Source: a virus
Taxonomy: Duplodnaviria; Caudoviricetes
IMG/VR virus record: IMGVR_UViG_3300027835_000018
Location: 1 to 31,139 of that record
Length of the DNA: 31,139 nucleotides
Direction: 5' to 3' (one strand)
In this document: one piece after another, positions 27,936-31,139 of the stretch
How positions within the stretch are numbered: the stretch's first letter is position 1
Layout: the number at the start of each line of letters is the position of its first letter
Position numbers and translations under genes: made by a program
The notes under the pieces: model-generated
The model's input: the letters and a program-made list of their open reading frames with translations, nothing else
The model's database searches: none
Told to the model about the DNA's origin: nothing

Positions 27936-28999
27936 GACTCAATCTCCTTCAGGCGCTCAAGCGCCTTTCTCAGCAACACCTGCACGTCAACAAAGGGAAT
28001 CTGCATAGCAGCGCGGCCATGGATGAGGCTCAAAGCCTCCTTGATGTCCTTCTCAGCGTCCTTCTTCGCGTTGTGGTAGCGGCGCACCTTCCCCGCGAGG
28101 GACTGGTGTGAGGGCTCGCGAGTTGGCGCCGGCACAGTGGACTGCGGCGCGGCTACCACCTGCGCGGGGGCCACAGTGCGCTTGTCAGGTGATGGACGCT
28201 CCACCTGGTCCGTCTGTAAGGACAGCGCCGCGGTGGGACCCTCGTTCCTGCAATCGTCCGTCGCCGCGTCACATCTGCTGTCAGCACACGGCGCCGAGGA
28301 TGGCGCTCCATCAGGGGGACGATCGTCTGGCTCGATGGAACTGTTTTCCGGCCCGTCATCATCCGCGTCGGTCGGCACTTCCAATCTGGGAATTTCCCAG
28401 ATTGCCTCGGCGTCTGGACTCGGCATCGGCGGGGAAGAAGTCACCTTCGCCGCGTCTTTCGCCCGAGGCTTTCCGGTCACGGTGTAGTTGCTTCCGTCCG
28501 TGGTCGTCCGCACCTCCGAACGGGGAATTTCCCCGTTTGCTTCCATCCGTGCCCGGTGCTTTCCCACCGTCTTGTGGTCAACACCAACGTGCTCTGCTAT
28601 CGACTTGTCGGCCAATTCCGGGCGCCTACGAAGTGCGCACCGGACTGCCTTCTCCTTGTCCTTGTTCGAGCGTCGGAGGCCGTGCTCCTTGTTGGCCGAC
28701 AGCGCCAGCCAGATCGCGTCCTCGATGGTCCCCGGCCTCACGAGGCACGCAAACTCCGATAGTTCCGCCTGCACCGCAGCTTCCTCGCGGTGGTTCCCGT
28801 CCCAGATCAAGAGAGCCTCTGACTCGGTATCGTGAACGACGCGAAGCGGCGGAAACTTGACGACACCACCGTGTCTCATTGCCTCGGCGTACTGGCTGAT
28901 CACGTCCGGGTCGCGCTTGGAACGCATCTGTAGACGGCGGTCGGTCTTCAGCACATCGAGCGGCAGGACCATGAGGACCTCATCTGCACCCGCGGTCAT
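27932..28999 (-). CDS. ParB N-terminal domain plus HTH protein
   Basis: FPPLRVV...IWDGNHREEAA, ANKEHGLRRS..DK, HTH DKSIAEHVGVDHKTVGKHR. ATG 28999 by ATGA overlap. Confidence 0.8.
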   Translation of the reverse strand: MTAGADEVLMVLPLDVLKTDRRLQMRSKRDPDVISQYAEAMRHGGVVKFPPLRVVHDTESEALLIWDGNHREEAAVQAELSEFACLVRPGTIEDAIWLALSANKEHGLRRSNKDKEKAVRCALRRRPELADKSIAEHVGVDHKTVGKHRARMEANGEIPRSEVRTTTDGSNYTVTGKPRAKDAAKVTSSPPMPSPDAEAIWEIPRLEVPTDADDDGPENSSIEPDDRPPDGAPSSAPCADSRCDAATDDCRNEGPTAALSLQTDQVERPSPDKRTVAPAQVVAAPQSTVPAPTREPSHQSLAGKVRRYHNAKKDAEKDIKEALSLIHGRAAMQIPFVDVQVLLRKALERLKEIES

Positions 29000-29370
29000 T
29001 CGCCGGCTTCCTGCGACGACGTCTCGATAGCCCCTTCGTCGGCGGACCTCGTGGCGGCCCACCAGCCGCTCACGAGCAACAGGAACGAGTCCAGCGGCAT
29101 GGCGACGAATGTCTGCTGATGGCGCTCGTCCTTGATGACCGCGAGGGGCAAGCGATCTAGAGGCAGCCCCTTCTGCGCCTCGCGCAGCACGCTGCGTACA
29201 TGGGGCAACTTGCTGGTGCGCGTGGCGACGTGGAACACGGGCACTTCGGCATCAAGCTCGCCGTCGGCGCATGCGGCGGAGTTCGGTCCTGGCATCGCGT
29301 CGCGCAGGAGCTTGGCAACCTGCAAGTGCCAGAGCGCCGCTCGGTGGCGGCATGCTTCGGACATCCTCAT
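28996..29370 (-). CDS. Degenerate Holliday-junction-resolvase-like (PD-(D/E)xK fold) protein
   Basis: D.EVPVFHVATR...LREAQ...PLAVIKDER...FVAMPLDSFL resembles phage Hjc-like proteins but lacks ExK. Confidence 0.45.
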   Translation of the reverse strand: MRMSEACRHRAALWHLQVAKLLRDAMPGPNSAACADGELDAEVPVFHVATRTSKLPHVRSVLREAQKGLPLDRLPLAVIKDERHQQTFVAMPLDSFLLLVSGWWAATRSADEGAIETSSQEAGE

Positions 29371-29382
29371 GACAGCTGCTCC

Positions 29383-29937
29383 TTACTCACTCGCGCCGAT
29401 TGGCTCCGGCGGGCGTTCACCAGAAACCACGGGGATGCCGAGCTTCTCGGCGTGCAGGAGCTCGGCGCTCATCCCTTCTGTCGGCTCGTCGAACTGAAAC
29501 ACGACGTCGCAGTCGGAAAGCATCTCAAGGCAGAGCTTGAGGGCCAGGGCGCGTTCCGTTTCTTCGCACAGGAAACGGCTCAGGAAGAGCGGTGGACAAA
29601 CGGGCAGCGCTCCGTTCTCGACGATCACGTGGCAGATTTCCTCGAGCTTGCGAGCATTGCCGGCCGGGTCGTCGCGCCAAGGATGGCAGACGTAGATCCT
29701 GGTCATTCGCCTGCGCCGCTCGTTCTGAATCTTCACGAGCTGGGCGGCCTGGTACACCATGCAGTCGAAGTTCTCTTCGAGCGCTTCCTGCACATAGTCG
29801 CGTCCGCGGTCTTGGTCGATCTCCCACGGGCCATACTGTTCGCGACCGCGATCGATGCGTTGGATGATGGCCGCGACGATCTCTTTCTCGTCGGGGTAGA
29901 AGTTGGCCATGGTGCTGACGATCTCTTCAGGGGTCAC
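29383..29937 (-). CDS. Fusion of a MazG-like helical domain and a DUF4406 / nucleoside deoxyribosyltransferase-like domain
   Basis: N: GREQYG...EALEENFDCMVY. C: RIYVCHPW...LSDCDVV...TEGMSAEL.HAEKLGIPV. Confidence 0.6.
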   Translation of the reverse strand: MTPEEIVSTMANFYPDEKEIVAAIIQRIDRGREQYGPWEIDQDRGRDYVQEALEENFDCMVYQAAQLVKIQNERRRRMTRIYVCHPWRDDPAGNARKLEEICHVIVENGALPVCPPLFLSRFLCEETERALALKLCLEMLSDCDVVFQFDEPTEGMSAELLHAEKLGIPVVSGERPPEPIGASE

Positions 29938-30347
29938 TGATGTCTCCTCGTGTCAGGTAGCTGCGCCTCGGTTGGGCCCGAGGCCGGGTTGCTGTGTGGC
30001 GACTCGAAGCTCGCGATGCGCGAGCCCGGGAACGTGGTGCAGGTCATGACCAGCTTGGCCAGGTCGTGAGCGCTGAGCTCCGGCCGGGGCTCAGCGGTGT
30101 AGCTGGGTACCAGCCAGACGATCCCGGCCGGCGACTCCAGGCACACCGCCGCGCCCAGCGCGCAGAAGGACTCGACAGTGGCCGAGTCGATGGCTCGTCC
30201 GGCCGGTGGCTGCTCCGCGGTGAACGCCGGAGCGCTGCCGCGTGACTTCACAGACGCCTTCGCGGTGGCCGCGGTCGTCGGCTTCGCTGACCGGCGGGGG
30301 CGAGGCGACCTCTCGGCCGGCGCGCCATGACCGAAGAGGTCACGCAT
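29934..30347 (-). CDS. Hypothetical phage protein
   Basis: GAGGT before ATG 30347; coupled to both neighbours; globular-looking C-terminal half. Confidence 0.55.
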   Translation of the reverse strand: MRDLFGHGAPAERSPRPRRSAKPTTAATAKASVKSRGSAPAFTAEQPPAGRAIDSATVESFCALGAAVCLESPAGIVWLVPSYTAEPRPELSAHDLAKLVMTCTTFPGSRIASFESPHSNPASGPTEAQLPDTRRHQ

Positions 30348-30507
30348 CGGCGCTGACCTCGTTCTCGGCTGGCTTGCTCTGCCCCTGCTGGGCGCTCTCT
30401 GGTGCGTCTTGTCCCGCGGGCTCGGCGAGGACGTCCACGAGGGTCTCCGCGAGCACCTCGATGAACGCCGCCCGCCGTATGGCTGGGTCTGTTGGCTCTC
30501 GTCTCAC
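30340..30507 (-). CDS. Small hypothetical protein (possibly leaderless GTG start)
   Basis: VRREPTDPAIRRAAFIEVLAETLVDVL amphipathic helix; GTG lies directly after the conserved motif; overlaps the next gene by 8 nt. Confidence 0.4.
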   Translation of the reverse strand: MRREPTDPAIRRAAFIEVLAETLVDVLAEPAGQDAPESAQQGQSKPAENEVSADA

Positions 30508-30725
30508 GTAATGGAAAAGCCCACCAGCCTTTCCACGGGGACAAAAAATCGACAGCGGCGAGAGAGAATCTCCCGCGAGCTGTGATCGATGCCGCGTTCC
30601 GTTGACTGTTCCGGTCACGTAATGGAAAAGCCCACCAGCCTTTCCACGGGGACAAACAATCGACAGTGGTCAGAAGAAATCTTCTGCAAGCTGTGATCAA
30701 CGCCTCGTTCCGTTGACTGTCCCGA
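30504..30725. repeat. 111-bp tandem direct repeat (2 copies) containing motif copies 2 and 3
   Basis: 30504-30614 vs 30615-30725: about 96/111 identical by manual alignment, first 42 bp identical. Confidence 0.92.
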
Positions 30726-30748
30726 AGAAGGAAGCCAAGACAGACCGC

Positions 30749-31139
30749 ATGAACGAGCGAGAAGCAAAGCCGGGCGCCTACCGCGTCCTCACGGTCCTGG
30801 TCGACCTCATGCCCATGGTCGAGCGCGTGCCGAACCCGTTCGAGCACTGCAAGCAGCTCATCGGCGACGGCTACGTCGAGATGAAGACGCTCGACAACGG
30901 CGTCATCCTGTTCTGCGACGAAGAGGGATCCCGCGAGTGCCACGTCTGCGGCGGCTCGGGCTGGACTGACGGCAGCGCACAGCTACGCCGTGACGGACGC
31001 CACAGCACCGAGTGCATCGGCTGCAAAGGCGCCGGGACGCGCCGGAACCCGTCAACGATAATGAGACAGTCAGTCAGCGCAATTACTGTAGCGCCTGGTC
31101 ACTCGTGGCCGCGCCAGCGACCTGGTCCAGCAGCGGTAC
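30749..31139 (+). CDS. DUF3846-like protein with a DnaJ-type Zn finger (partial, runs off the window)
   Basis: Manual translation: MNEREAK...KQLIGDGYVEMKTLDNGVILFCDEEG, then CHVCGGSG and CIGCKGAG. No stop before the window end, so it is absent from the ORF track. Confidence 0.6.
   Translation, partial: MNEREAKPGAYRVLTVLVDLMPMVERVPNPFEHCKQLIGDGYVEMKTLDNGVILFCDEEGSRECHVCGGSGWTDGSAQLRRDGRHSTECIGCKGAGTRRNPSTIMRQSVSAITVAPGHSWPRQRPGPAAV

Larger units (their letters stand above)
3402..31139 (-). mobile_element. Contractile-tailed prophage or phage-plasmid, packaging and morphogenesis region (partial)
   Basis: Canonical order terminase-portal-MuF-protease-capsid-neck-sheath-tube-chaperone-tape measure-baseplate, with many 1-4 nt stop/start overlaps. 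Attachment sites, replication genes and remaining baseplate/fibre genes are not in the window. Confidence 0.93.

Noticed and set aside
30504-30725. Possible CRISPR mini-array
   Set aside because: Only two adjacent units, the would-be spacers are homologous to each other, and no cas genes are present.
30248-30943. 231-aa - strand ORF spanning the tandem repeat
   Set aside because: It translates the regulatory repeat twice and is antisense to the better-supported DUF3846-like ORF.

Overview
GC-rich window (about two-thirds GC by eye; a myxobacterial or deltaproteobacterial host is an inference) with two mobile elements. (1) Bases ~1-3410 are a complete Recombinase-In-Trio (RIT) element: three tandem tyrosine recombinases on the + strand between imperfect 31-bp terminal inverted repeats. 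It abuts the stop codon of a phage baseplate-spike gene through a perfect 15-bp palindrome. (2) Bases 3402-30507 are an almost continuous, translationally coupled - strand operon of a contractile-tailed (myo-type) prophage or phage-plasmid. In transcription order it encodes accessory genes (MazG-like/DUF4406-like fusion, degenerate resolvase, two ParB-like proteins), probable TerS, TerL, portal, MuF, a DNA adenine methyltransferase fused in frame to the prohead protease, scaffold, major capsid, neck proteins, two lipoproteins, an HExxH protein, sheath, an inserted HNH endonuclease, tube, chaperone with a probable -1 frameshift extension, tape measure, tube initiator, LysM, gpD and gpV. The most notable observations are: the Dam-family MTase-prohead protease fusion, which suggests a capsid-loaded methylase; a protease apparently split over two genes; an antisense catalytic-domain-only tyrosine recombinase with an 11-8-11 lox/cer-like palindrome and a parS-like box between terS and terL; and a 35-bp motif heading two gene blocks, duplicated in a structured 111-bp tandem repeat. 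All assignments come from motif recognition and gene order; no database searches were run.
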